DNA of 63,582 bases, counting the filler, from Octopus bimaculoides (lineage: Eukaryota), in the NCBI RefSeq assembly GCF_001194135.2. It is 6 parts of 6 records of this genome, joined end to end, with 100 filler letters (N's around TTAATTAATTAA, not from the genome) between each part and the next. Parts side by side here need not be neighbours in the genome. Positions count along the whole stretch, not along the records: positions 1 to 27,287 come from NC_068997.1; 5 more parts are not named here. One strand, 5' to 3'. This document shows, piece after piece, positions 1-12,934 of the stretch. A program made the translations under genes and the position numbers. The notes under the pieces are model-generated. The model was not told the DNA's origin. It did no database searches and worked only from the letters and a program-made list of their open reading frames with translations. Positions within the stretch are counted from its first letter, which is position 1. Each line of letters begins with the position of its first letter.

Positions 1-49
<49 letters not shown>

Positions 50-587
50 TGTGTGTATAATGTATGTATTTATCATTCATTCTTTCTATATTCTTATCTA
101 ATGTATTTCAATATATTTTAACATATGTTAACCAGTTTCTATTTGGGAGTAGAGCATTCATAGGCGATAAATATTTTAATTAAATAAATAAGTTATGCGT
201 TGTGAGGTCTGTGTTTGTCTAGTTAACGTGTGCCTATGTGCATATGCGTTCGTGTGTATGTGCGTGTAGAGAGCTTGTCTGTTTGCGTGTGGGGAGGGCG
301 GAGGGAGGGCGGTCAGTATGTGTGGATGTGTATGTGTGTCAGTGAGTGTATGTAAGCATGTGTGTATTTGAGAGCATAAAATGTATGCATCCTCGACAGC
401 ACGCAATGCAATCAGGGCTAAATGCGATAAATCTTCGAAACAACGTCGACACTAAATAATAGATGGATTGTGGGTGGAGTCGAGGGAAAAGGTACCGAAC
501 GCTGGAGTGGCATGTACTCTAGTGACAATATTCACACGCACATATACACACTAGCTATTCATAGATGAGTGCATCTGTGTGTATGTG

Positions 588-685
<98 letters not shown>

Positions 686-826
686 NNNNNNNNNNNNNNN
701 NNNNNNNNNNNNNNNNNNNNNNNNNNNNNNNNNNNATATAATAATATAAATTATATATATGTATATATATATATATATAATAATATAAATTATATATATG
801 TATATATATATATATTTACATACATA

Positions 827-863
<37 letters not shown>

Positions 864-1100
864 GCGTGCGTAGGTAGGTAAAAACGTTTCAAATGTACAC
901 GTACACAACACACAGACACATATATTGTATATATGTGTGTATGTATGTATGTATGCATGTTTGCATACACAAATGTATGAGACACACACACACACTCATA
1001 TGTATGTGTGTGTGCGTGTGTGTATGTGTGCGTTTGTGTGTGTGTCTGTTTGTAGATATATATGTGTGTATGCATCGATATATTTATACATACGTATCAT

Positions 1101-1138
<38 letters not shown>

Positions 1139-1849
1139 TCATGTATGCATTTACGTACATACATGTGTGTATCTGTGTGGGTGTGTGTCTGTGTGTGAGT
1201 GTATCTGTGTGCGTGTGTGTGTGCGTGTACTACACATTCAGATATACATAGTTACGCAGTCATTCATGCATATGTTCATGAACGCATGCATTCATCTACA
1301 CAGACTTATATACTTACATACATATCGCATGTGTGTGCATATGTGTTTGTGTGTGTTTGTGTTTGTGTGCGTTTGTGTTTGTGTATATAACTCTGTCAGT
1401 ATCCTTGGTAATAGTGTTTGTGTCGACAATCGCGTCACCGCCCAAATTACTAATGCAGGAAATAAAGATATACATTCGGTTTGCAGCAATGTTGTGTTGT
1501 CTCGAAATTAAACAGTTATTATGATGAAGACAAACTGAAGGCTGTGGAATGGGTTGAGCGTAAGGATCTGTAGAGTACACAGACATGACATTCCATCAGC
1601 AAGAGAATTTACGGGTTCCGTCGGGATGCTAGAAACACCAGCCAAATATCGCTCTAATCACGTCCTACTGTTTAAAAGAATAAAGGTTCAAGATTATGTT
1701 TCCTGAACCCTAGAATTTATAAGGTCAGTAACTCGGTTTCTAAGGCGTTTACGTAGCTGATTTCACAATATTTCCCCTGAGCGTGACGCCGGTCCGTTGC
1801 TGGGTTGAAAATGAGCAATTCTGGAGGCTGGAGACAACTTAATTACATA

Positions 1850-2010
1850 GTTCCATTGATGCCAGTACTTGACTGGTACTTTATTTTATCGACCCCGAAA
1901 CGACGAAAGGCAAATTCGATTTTATTGATATTTGAACACGGAACATAAAGAGCTGGAAGGAATGCCGCTAAGACTTCTGTACGACGTGCTGACGATTCTG
2001 CCAGCTCATT
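1850..2010 (-). mobile_element. SINE family A (octopus OK-type, tRNA-derived), degenerate
   Basis: Matches window consensus ...tatcgaccccgaaa.ga.gaaaggcaaa...tttgaac.cagaac...ctgccagctc. Confidence 0.75.
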
Positions 2011-3879
2011 TTATGACCGGTCCTAGATACATGCTATGAGTATATGGAGGTGAAATTGGAAAAAAAAAAACCTTTAACCATTGGTTGGCAAAATTAGAGC
2101 TGACCAGGGGCTAATCGGCAGCAGCAATGACAACAATAATAATGACAACAACTTCCTGTCCTTGGACGTCGATTACACGATTTGAATCATAGAATCATAG
2201 GACATAGGACAATAAGTATTTCGTTTTGTGCGCATGTATATCAGTGTATGAGAATGTGTCTTTACGGATATCCACATGAAGGTATGCATATTGGGTTATG
2301 TTGAACTTGTTGGTGTAGCTGTTCTAACAGTTTAGTTTCTGGTATGTTTTGATCCCATGTGAAGACTGTATCAGCTTAGCGGATAATCGCAACAAATATT
2401 GAACAGATACTTTTTTTATAAATAAAGATGAAAACAGTCTGTTATAGCATATGAATGTATATAAAAGTATATACATATATATATATACATATATATGTCA
2501 AGACTTCCCTAGAAATATGTTCTTTGTGTTTAATGTAAGAAAGTCTTATTTCTCAATTTAGTCAGTAGTTCAGTATTGAAGTGTGTTTATATGAAAGGCA
2601 GAAAGTGACTTTTGGGTGGAAATGCGATGTTTATGCTTTATGATGAATGTATTCTTGAGAAGAAAAACTGATCGTGCTCCCTGTACATACACAGAATATA
2701 TANNNNNNNNNNNNNNNNNNNNNNNNNNNNNNNNNNNNNNNNNNNNNNNNNNNNNNNNNNNNNNNNNNNNNNNNNNNNNNNNNNNNNNNNNNNNNNNNNN
2801 NNNNNNNNNNNNNNNATATATATATATATATATACATGTACCTAGATACATAACATACATGTGTGTGTGGGTGTGTGGGTGTGTGCGCGCGCATGTTGTG
2901 TGCTCGTACATCCTTTCTGTCACTCGAATTCAATCAGTAAACATTGCTTGCATATATGTATGTATCCGAAAATATACATAATGTATCAATATACAGACCC
3001 CAAGAGACATAAAAAAATAGATAGATAGATAGATAGATAGATAGAGTTGAAAAGGAGCTAAGTGTCAATGAATATATGCTTCTGTTTATATACAGACAGA
3101 TATACATGTATACAGAACGTACAATATAACATACATAAGCATGCGCGCATGCGCGCACACTCAGACATAGGTGCCTGTAGATAGATATATCTGCGTGTGT
3201 GTCTATCTTAGCTGTCACTCACAACCGAGTATGGCTTTACATCATTTCCCATACTTTCAGTAATTGCTTTCTGTGCCTATGTATTCATGAATAACTATAG
3301 ACACCTTCTCGTGTTTTTTTTATTCGTGACCCAGTACATCATCCGGTATGTGACAGCTGGTACTCATTTTCGGAAGAGTAAGAAACTCCCTTCCTCAAGG
3401 AGTCGAACCCACAACCTAATGATCGTGAGCTCAACATCCTGACCACTTGGACCTTTCTTGGTAAATATTTATGCATATAGATGCTATATGACCATTGTCT
3501 TATCTTGACAGATGACAGCGTCTCACATTCGACCTAGTTGCTCTCATTTACTTTCATCCTTGAATGTGCGAGGATATGATATTTCACATCGCCACGCATC
3601 CATCGTCACGCATCCATCGCCAAAGGACTTTATAAAATTCGAAACAGATCAAGAAATGAAGCAATGATAAGACATATGTACGTCACTTTTGCCACACTCT
3701 TGGTTGCCATAGTAGGTTCCAGTGACAAGCATAGCTAGATGAATGGTAACTATTTCTGACTGCAAGTTTTATTTAAGATTATCTTTCTCCTGGAAGAGCT
3801 GCCTTCCCCACTTCGATTCGAAAAAGAATTCTCTACGTTTTCATCAGATTATGTACGTTTTGATTAGATTCTGTACGTT

Positions 3880-4002
3880 TCATCCGAACGGATGAAAGGC
3901 AAAGTCGACCTAGGCAGAATTTGAACTCAGAACATAAAGACAAACGAAATACCGCTAAGCATTTCGCCCGGCGTGCTAACGTTTCTGCCAGCTCGCCGCC
4001 CT
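3880..4002 (-). mobile_element. SINE family A
   Basis: ggatgaaaggcaaagtcgacc...gccagctcgccgcc; CpGs intact. Confidence 0.9.
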
Positions 4003-4477
4003 GTCACTCATTCTACCTCTTTCTTATAAACACATGCAGAGAGACAAACACAGAAAAAGACAGACAGACAGAAACAAAGAGAGAGAGAAAGAGCGAGAGA
4101 GGGGGGTGAAACATGCACAAATACATGTTTAAAAACTGAAAAATATATTAAACAAAAAATCAAATATAGACCAAAGAAAACCATTTTTTTTTAAACAGAG
4201 AACATCTATTTGTAAGGGCAAGGGTTCAGCCTTTGGAATTTGGCACTGGGTTTGTGATCAGGAATTTCGCAGTAGGTGCTCATTTAGAATTTGGCTTCCT
4301 TTAAAGTTTCTTTTTATTTGTCTCTTTGTTTTGGTATGTCTTAAGTGTTTAAAAATTACTATTTAAGTCTTATTGTATCTATTATTCTGTTTACATTTAA
4401 GTCCGTCTCCATGTTTTAGTGCTAATAGATTTATTATATAAACACCATGTGCTTTGTAATGGAATTAAAAAAACGAT

Positions 4478-4554
<77 letters not shown>

Positions 4555-4666
4555 ATGAGACTCTGAGAAAAGGAGAGGAGCAAGTAGTAAGATATGAGAA
4601 CGGGGATAGCGAAGAGAAAGATTGGGAGGGATAAGGATAGAGAGAGAGAGAGAGAGAGAGAGTGAC

Positions 4667-4745
<79 letters not shown>

Positions 4746-4766
4746 CGGACAGACAGACAGACAGAC
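4478..4766. repeat. (TAG)n then (GA)n/(GACA)n/(GATA)n microsatellites
   Basis: Direct reading. Confidence 0.95.
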
Positions 4767-6164
4767 NNNNNNNNNNNNNNNNNNNNNNNNNNNNNNNNNN
4801 NNNNNNNNNNNNNNNNNNNNNNNNNNNNNNNNNNNNNNNNNNNNNNNNNNNNNNNNNNNNNNNNNNNNNNNNNNNNNNNNNNNNNNNNNNNNNNNNNNNN
4901 NNNNNNNNNNNNNNNNNNNNNNNNNNNNNNNNNNNNNNNNNNNNNNNNNNNNNNNNNNNNNNNNNNNNNNNNNNNNNNNNNNNNNNNNNNNATATATACC
5001 TCTATTTCTCTTCCAGCAGATGAAATGTGAAGATTAAACGCGTAAAATTTGTTTCCAGATCCAAATGCCCACTCTTTCTCAATCTCTCTCTTTTTCCCTC
5101 TCCATCTCCCACTTTCTCACTTTCCTCTCTCTCTGCCTCTCTATCTCTCTCTCTCTCTCTCTCTCTGCCTCTCTCTCTCTGCCTCTCTCTCTCTCTCTCT
5201 CTCTCTCCCTCTCTCTCTCTCTCAAAATTGGTGCTGGAAATACCTCTGTTTTGCGAAAAGATATATTATATAAATGTTTCGAACAGAGTGACGAAAGAAT
5301 TCTATACTAGATTTTTGAAAAGTGACAATCGTATCTTGTCTCTTACACCAAGACCTTCACTGCGAATAGGAAAAGTGACTGAAGAATACTTGACTAGACT
5401 CTTTAAAATATGGTAATCGTATCTTGCCTTTTTATAAGACATTTACAGCATCACTACTGATAACAATATTTGCGATATTTGAGTAGTATATAAAAGAAAT
5501 CTGCACCATAGATATTATTAAAACGCACGAGATCCTGATATCAAATAGTTGATTCAATAGACACGTGATATTGGCAGACCCTCTAAAAAAAGAGTAGAAA
5601 AAAATGCTTAAGATCAATGCAAACCGTTTTTATGATTCGCTTTGTATTTCTCACACAGTATCTGCTAAAGAAAATCAAAGATCATTCACGAAAAAAAAAA
5701 ATACATCAGATTAAACGAAATCTAAAAAGAAAACTCGTATTATTTGGGGACAGCAACAGGAAGAATACAGTAAAACTGCCTTCGTACATATGAAGCATAC
5801 ATCGTCGTCCGTAACTCGTAGTTCCTCAATCACAGAAGATGTAAAATTCTGCTCTTTTTCTTTTTTATTTCTCTATTTCTCATCTTTAGCCTGAAGATGG
5901 ATAATGTTCAAAACATTGGATATTCGACTCTGCACAACGATAAGATAATACAACAACAAAGTACTCAAAGGATAAGATAACAATATCCTACAGGTCTGTA
6001 GTGAATACCTCAAGAACTATTCACTTCTCGATGACCGCCCATGTGACCTCTGAACTGTATGACTTGCGTACCTCAACAAAAACCTGGAAGTGAAGCATTC
6101 TGCAAACGTAACGTCATGCGTTCGATTTTTCTCATAATTTTGAGGATGTGAAATACAGCGGAAA

Positions 6165-6520
6165 GCTAGTCGAATCGTTAGCGCATCGAACAAAATGATT
6201 TCAGAGTCGATAAATTTAATACCAGTCAAATACTGAGGTCGATATAATCGACTTGTCCCTTCCCCTAAAACTGCTGACCTTCTACCGAAATTATTAATAT
6301 GAAGTAAAGCGACGATTGGCAGAATCGTTAGCGCGTCGAACAAAATCCTTAGTGGTATTCTTCCGGCTTTTAACGTCCTAAGATTTAATCACGCGGGGGT
6401 AGGTTCAGCATTTCATCCTTCCAGGGAGGATATAATAAATACCAGTTAAGTACTGGGGTCCATATAATCAACGTGCTCGCTTCTTCAAAAGTGCTGGCGT
6501 TGCCCCAAAATTAGAATGGC
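6165..6520 (+). mobile_element. Two tandem degenerate SINE family A copies
   Basis: gaatcgttagcgc.tcgaacaaaat repeated at about 6172 and 6321, each followed by ataccagt.a..tactg.ggtc.atataatc. Confidence 0.7.
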
Positions 6521-6921
6521 GCATAAACTCGATTCTTCTCGTGACCGTTAAATCTTATCCCATTCCAAGGGTTACGTTAAGCAATTAAAGAACAAGAGAT
6601 AGCTGGGAAATACTTCAGACAGTGGATCTCTTAGACGGCCTCGATTCAACCGAAAATTTCGTTGATGTCAGATTTTTTGGGGGGAAATTTAGACTTGTAA
6701 TTAACAGCTGCTCAAAAATGTCATCTAGATACTGGCTCCCATTGGGATACGTTGCTACCAGAATAATGTAAAAATGCCATCCGTAGGAAAGACTCCCCAG
6801 GGATGGATATAGGGAATATCCTTGTTATTGAATACAACCATATCAGCAGACGGAATACATGTACACACACGTATAACATGTATGTATATATATGTATGTA
6901 TACATGCATGTAAGTATGTAA

Positions 6922-6952
<31 letters not shown>

Positions 6953-7104
6953 TGTGTGTGTATGTATGTATGTATGTATGTATGTATGTATGCGTATATT
7001 TATACACACACACATGCACACATACATACATACATATATAAATACGTTCTTTTAATATATAAAACTGTAAGCTTATGTACTTTTTGTATGTATGTCAATA
7101 TGAA

Positions 7105-7200
7105 CGCAACTGGCACTTCATTTATCGACCCCGAAAGGATGAAAGGCAAAATCGACCTCGGCGGAATTTGAACTCAGAACGTAAAGACAGACGAAATACC
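7105..7200 (-). mobile_element. SINE family A fragment
   Basis: atttatcgaccccgaaaggatgaaaggcaaaatcgacctcggcggaatttgaactcagaacg. Confidence 0.9.
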
Positions 7201-7889
7201 GATGGTGAAAATAATAATTGCTGGAGTATCGAGTACTTTATTTTTGTATCTTCAAGACTTGCTCTCGTGAATCAATACAGGCACTCACACACAATCATGC
7301 ATATGTGAGTGTGTGCGTATATATATATATGCATGCATGTATCTATGTACAACTGTAAGCTACAGTACATTTTGTATACATGTTAATATATGTGTCCATG
7401 AACGAAAGACCATGTGTGAATGTGTGTACGTTCTGACACACACACACACACGCAAACATATAGCTGAATCACTAGATAAATAGAGAGAGAAAGCGAGAGA
7501 GTGAGAGATTGAAAGAGCGATATATGTGTGTGTGTGTGTGCGTGCGTGTGTGTGTATGTGTGTGTGTGTATACATATGTATATATATAAGTGTGCATTTA
7601 TGTTAATATGTATATAGTTAATGTGTATATGTATATATATACTTGTATATACATATATATGAATACATATATATGATATATATATATGTGTGTGTGTATG
7701 TATGTATATATGTATGTATATATATATATGTATATATTATATACCTGTAAATAATATATATGCATATATACGGTTGTACGCATAGAATACGTATATATAC
7801 ATACATACATACATACATACATACATACGTACGTACGTACATACATACATACATGACAAATTTTTAGATAAAAAAAAAGACCTAACTAA

Positions 7890-8480
7890 ACTATATACAG
7901 AGTGTGAGATGTAATAATGATCCAAAGACAAGAAGTCGATGTCAAAACCTTTCCATGTTGTCAGTTGTCCATGAAAGAAACAACACAGAATTTGAACGTT
8001 TATCAGTTGACAATCTGGGATGGCTTTCACAGAAATGGATAATAAAAGAAAACATTTGAAAAATAAATATATAAATAGAAGCTAGTTTTACAGAACTTAC
8101 AAATTACATCATCTTTCAAAGAAAAAAAAAGCTGATATATGTTGAGTTTAGAAATGAACCGAGTCAAAGAAGGAAAAAAAAATGACAGGCGAAACTAAAA
8201 ATATGGCGAACGTGCGGATGGTGTTTGGTCGTTACGCAACTGGAGATAACCTGTGACAACAACAACAACAATAACAACAACTATATTAGTGATGAAGGCA
8301 GAACAACAGCAGCAAAAAGCGACAGATGTAGAAACGAGAAAAGCAAGTTTATTAAAAGTAGCTTTAGGTAGTCAGGAACATTTATTGGTGTTTGTATTAG
8401 TAAAGAGACGCGGAGGAGACCGTATCTGGAAGATACGGATGCATTAATGACAATAACACTAGGAATGTGTGTATGTGTGC
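7890..8480. repeat. Diverged paralogous segment, copy 1 (copy 3 at 12318-12860, partial copy 2 at about 11380-11560)
   Basis: Shared blocks ccatgttgtcagttgtcc, gggatggctttcacaga, aaattacatcat, GTTACGCAACTGGAGAT, ctggaa.atac.gatgcattaa in colinear order. Confidence 0.85.
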
Positions 8481-9084
8481 GTGTATGAATGTACATACCT
8501 GTATATATATAAATATATATATATATATATACTTATATTTTGAGGTGTGTGTGTGTGTGTGTGTGTGTGTGTANNNNNNNNNNTATATATAAATATTTAC
8601 TTACATACATGGTTTCTTAATGAGCAATATATATGTGTGTGTGGTCTCTCGATGAGCTACGCACACAAACACACACTTACACATGCACGCATACATCTAT
8701 ATATAGTTATGTTTATACGTATACAATATATATATACATATATATATGTGTGCATGTGTATTTTCATATAGCTCTTCAAGACACCATACCAGGGTGTGTA
8801 AACAACAACTCAATCGCACCAGGACGATAATACGATAAGCAATCTAATTGAATGTAACAAAAAAAAAGGACATTAGATAATTTTAAACATTGAAAGTAAA
8901 GAGTAAGTCGTGCTTAAGATAAACTTTTCGCAGTAAAGTAAGACACCAGGAAAGCCAGTAGCGAGAAAATATAGAGATGAGAGTACAACAAAAACAATAG
9001 TGTGAGCAGAATGAAGACGGCATATTAAGATCAGATAAGCTAAGATATATATAGACATATGAAAAATACATAATTTATAACAAT

Positions 9085-9397
9085 CTTTTCTACTCTAGGC
9101 ACAAGGCCCGAAATGGCCAGTCGATTAGATCGACCCCAGTACGCAACTGGTACTTAATTTATCGACCCCGAAAGGCAAGGTCGACCTCGGCGGAATTTGA
9201 ACTCAGAACGTAAACACAGACGAAATACCGCTAAACATTTCGCCCGGCGTTCTAACGTTTCTTATTTCTTTATTGCCCACAAGGGGCTACACACAGAGGG
9301 GACAAACAAGGACAGACAAACGGATTAAGTCGATTATATCGACTCCAGGGCGTAACTGGTACTTATTTTATCGACCCCGAAAGGATGAAAGGCAAAA
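9085..9397 (-). mobile_element. Two adjacent SINE family A copies (different tail types)
   Basis: Consensus body at 9085-9262; second copy with tail tttcttatttctttattgcccacaaggggct at 9259-9397. Confidence 0.9.
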
Positions 9398-10268
9398 TCC
9401 CGGTGCATGGTTGCCACATGCTCTGAACGAAAGAGATACTAGCGCTTCTGTATTACTGCCGGTTTGCTTGTTCGATATCAGGCTTTTCGTGTGCACAAAG
9501 ATTTCTTTAACTGCATCGTCAGCAGCGATGAAAAAATGGTGTCTTTATGTTAATGTGAATCAGAGGAAAGAACTGCCGAGTCCCAGCAAGGAAGCAACAT
9601 CTCGATCCAAGCCAGAGCTGCATCCGCTCAAGACAATGATCCGCATTTGGTTGAATCAGGAATGGCCAAGCCACTGCGAAATGATTGAAAACAAACCACC
9701 CGCTTAATGCTGGGGTTTAACGTTCAGCAAATGCACAGGCTTAACGAGACAATCCAACCGAAACCACCCGACCGATGACATGACGTTCTTCTTAAACACT
9801 ACAGAGATCGATCCTTGACGCTAATTTGACCAAAGACGATATTCAAAAGCCCGTTAGGTTCTACCGCACCCAGCGTATCTTTCTGATATAGTTCCTTCAG
9901 ATTATCATATTTTTTAATCGACCCCCACCAGTCTGCTATGTGTTCTTTATTTTTATTAGGCACTACGGCCCGAACACAGAAGGGAACACCACAAGGACAG
10001 AGAATACAGTACAACACGTGGGGTACATAACAGTCTGCTAGGTGTTCCCGTCAACAACGACTTTGAGCTGAAAACATGCCTCGATGAATTCTTCGAATCA
10101 GTAGCCAATGATTTCTACCGTCAAAGCATTGGCAAGCTAAAGGAAAATGGCTAACAAGTCATGAACAATGCAGGAGAGTGTATTATTGATTAATTTGCTA
10201 CGACTGTTGGTAAAGAATAAGGATATAAACTAAATGGTAAAAACGAACGAATTTATCTGGCAGCATAA
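9398..10268 (+). mobile_element. Mariner (Mos1-like DD34D) transposase remnant, frameshifted, 5' end truncated by a SINE, interrupted at 9946-10030
   Basis: Translates GAWLPHAL (WVPHEL motif), IVSSDEKWCLYVN, KPELHPLKTM, VLPHPAYLSDIVPSDYHIF (YSPDLAPSDY) and C-terminal DEFFES..DFYRQSI..VMNNAGECIID*. Confidence 0.9.
9946..10030 (-). mobile_element. 85-bp 5'-truncated retroposon tail with 17-bp target-site duplication
   Basis: Flanked by CAGTCTGCTA(T/G)GTGTTC at 9929-9945 and 10031-10047; removal restores mariner SLLGVP; A-rich 3' end on the minus strand. Confidence 0.75.
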
Positions 10269-10451
10269 CATGTATACGTGTACACTGCATTAAACGTGAT
10301 GGCGATCCCCAAGTTAAGATTCCAAATCAAAAGCAAAATACTGGACAACTTTATCATTTATGTAGGGAAAACATACAGAGTCAATTCTTATCAGTTGGCA
10401 AACATGGAGGCCGGTCACAAGATGGGCGCAGACAGAGGAAAATCAAATTAA

Positions 10452-10696
10452 CCCATTCGTGCCGAAATTTTTCTAGCGAATGAAATTGCCTGAAAATGCA
10501 CAGATGCTATTATTTTGACCCAATTAGCAACTGAAAAACATTTCATTGAAATCCGTTTGATACAGACTGCATACGCGTTAAGAACATGTTTCATTCTTTG
10601 ATACAGATCATACACAAATCACAATTTGCATCAAGTATTTGTTTTATACCCTTATAAATTAAGGGTCAGTTTAAACAGACGATCGGCATGAATGGG
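10452..10696. mobile_element. piggyBac-type MITE (245 bp)
   Basis: TTAA on both sides; 14-bp TIRs CCCATTCGTGCCGA / TCGGCATGAATGGG (1 mismatch); no ORF. Confidence 0.85.
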
Positions 10697-10744
10697 TTAA
10701 GAAACAAAGTTTACATAATTCAAATAAGAAACATGTATATCAAA

Positions 10745-11335
10745 ATGGCTGTGTGTTCGCTTCGCAACCACGTGTATTCGGGTTCAGTCCTGCTGTGTGA
10801 CATCTTGAAGGAATATCTTTTGCTACAGACCCTGGCTACCCAATACTTTGTGAATAAATTTGGTAGACGGAAATCGTGTGTCTTTGAACTCAACCACCGT
10901 TTGATAATCAATGTTGGTTTGTTTACTAAGGCGGCGAGCTGGCAGAAACGTTAGCACACCAGGCGAAATACCTAGCGGTATTTCGTCTGCCGCTACGTTC
11001 TGAGTTCAAATTCCGCCGAGGTCGACTTTGCCTTTCATCCTTTAGGAATCGATGAATTAAGTACCAGTTGCGTACTGGTGTTGATCTAATCGACTGCCCC
11101 CCCTCCCCAAAAATTTCGAGCCTTGTGCCTAGAGTAGAAAAGAACGTTGGTTTGTTTACAGCCCGTAACTGAGCGGTTCGGCAAAAGTCAATGATAGAAT
11201 TAATGCCAGACTGCAAAAATAAATAAATAAATGAATGAATAAGCACTAGGATGGATTATTTTCTTCGACTAATAGCCTTAAAGGTAGTGTCTCAGCATGG
11301 TTGCAGTCAATGGTTGAAACAAGCAAGAAATAAAA
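10745..11335 (+). mobile_element. SINE family B (tRNA-head ggctgtgtg...), interrupted by a family A copy
   Basis: Head 10745-10900, tail cccgtaactgagcggttcggcaaaag...gtcaatggttgaaacaag 11160-11335. Confidence 0.8.
10927..11145 (+). mobile_element. Full-length SINE family A with 14-bp TSD
   Basis: GTTGGTTTGTTTAC at 10913-10926 and 11146-11159; A/B-box-like tggcagaaacgtt and gttcaaattcc. Confidence 0.95.
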
Positions 11336-11742
11336 CATAAAAAATACAATTTCAGATACAAATAGAAATACGAAAGCGTGATTGGAGGGGGAGGGGAGAT
11401 GGAGATGAAGGTGAAGGTGGAGGTGGAAGGGGAGTGGATGTCTGTTACGCAACTGGAGATATTCTGCAATAGCAATATCGATAGCAACAATATTAGCAGG
11501 AAATATAATAACAATAACAACAGCAGCAACAATTTGTTACTAAAAGCAATTTACATTGGCAAAAGAAGGAAGAACAGGCATTTGTTTGTTTAAGTTCATA
11601 AAAAAAAACAGTGAGCAAGGGAAAAACATTAGGCAATGCAGACATAGAAGTACCTCCAGGGATTGTGTGTGAGTGTGTATACGAATTTATGTATGTATAT
11701 ATGAATTTATAAGATACACATATGTATATGTATGCTTGTATG

Positions 11743-11804
<62 letters not shown>

Positions 11805-11837
11805 CTACATTACACATGTATAGATGTATAGATGGAT

Positions 11838-11902
<65 letters not shown>

Positions 11903-12934
11903 GTGAGAATGGGATAAATGTAAAGAAGATCATATAGATTCTGATAGACAGTTATATAAATCAAACTATGAAAAATACATGGTCAAGACAGAAGTAAACA
12001 TGCAAATATGCGGAATCGTGATAATTTTTTTTTTATGAAACCTAAAATGTGCCTCAGTGGGATTGAACCCAAAACCTCATGCACACAACCATGCATGTAT
12101 AGAATTAAAATAATTTTATTAACATTGACTTGAGTTTCTTGGTGTATATGCTTCACTTACACTCGTACATAAACAAACGCATACTCACACTCACATTTGT
12201 GTGTATATGTATGCATAAATAATCTACACGCCCGGTGCTACTTTGTAGTCATTGTCAATAAGATTACGTGCGTGTGTGTGTGTGCGTGTGTTTTTATATT
12301 TCTCTCAAAACAAACTTTATACAGGGTGTGAGATATGATAATAATTCTAAAACAAGGAGCCGATGTCAAAAACATTCCATGTTGTCAGTTGTCCCTGAAC
12401 AAAAACAGTTGACAAACCGGGATGGCTTTCACAGAATGGATATTGTAAGAAACACGCCAAAAAAATAACAATTAATAATAGAAAGACATTTTACAAACTT
12501 CAGAAATTACATCATTTTCGACGAAAAAGAAAAGACAAACGAAACGGGTGCGTTTTGAGTTTTAAAACGAACTGAGACGAAAGGAAGCCGGACAAAACTA
12601 GTGGTAGGTCGGAAGTGGATGTGGTGATGATGATTGGTTGTTACGCAACTGGAGATGACCTGCAGCAACGACTGCAAAAATAATGGTAACAGAAACAGAA
12701 CAACAACAGCGAGAACAACATGGGTGACACTAACAATCGCAACAAATGTTACAAAAACATATTCTTAAAAGAATTGGAGGGGGATGCATGAGAGACGTGA
12801 CTAAGACATTCTGGAAAATACAGATGCATTAACTATACAAAGCACAGGAATATATATATATATATATATATATATCTATATATATATCTNNNNNNNNNNG
12901 TGTGTGTGTGTGTATGTGTGTGTGTGGGGGGGTA

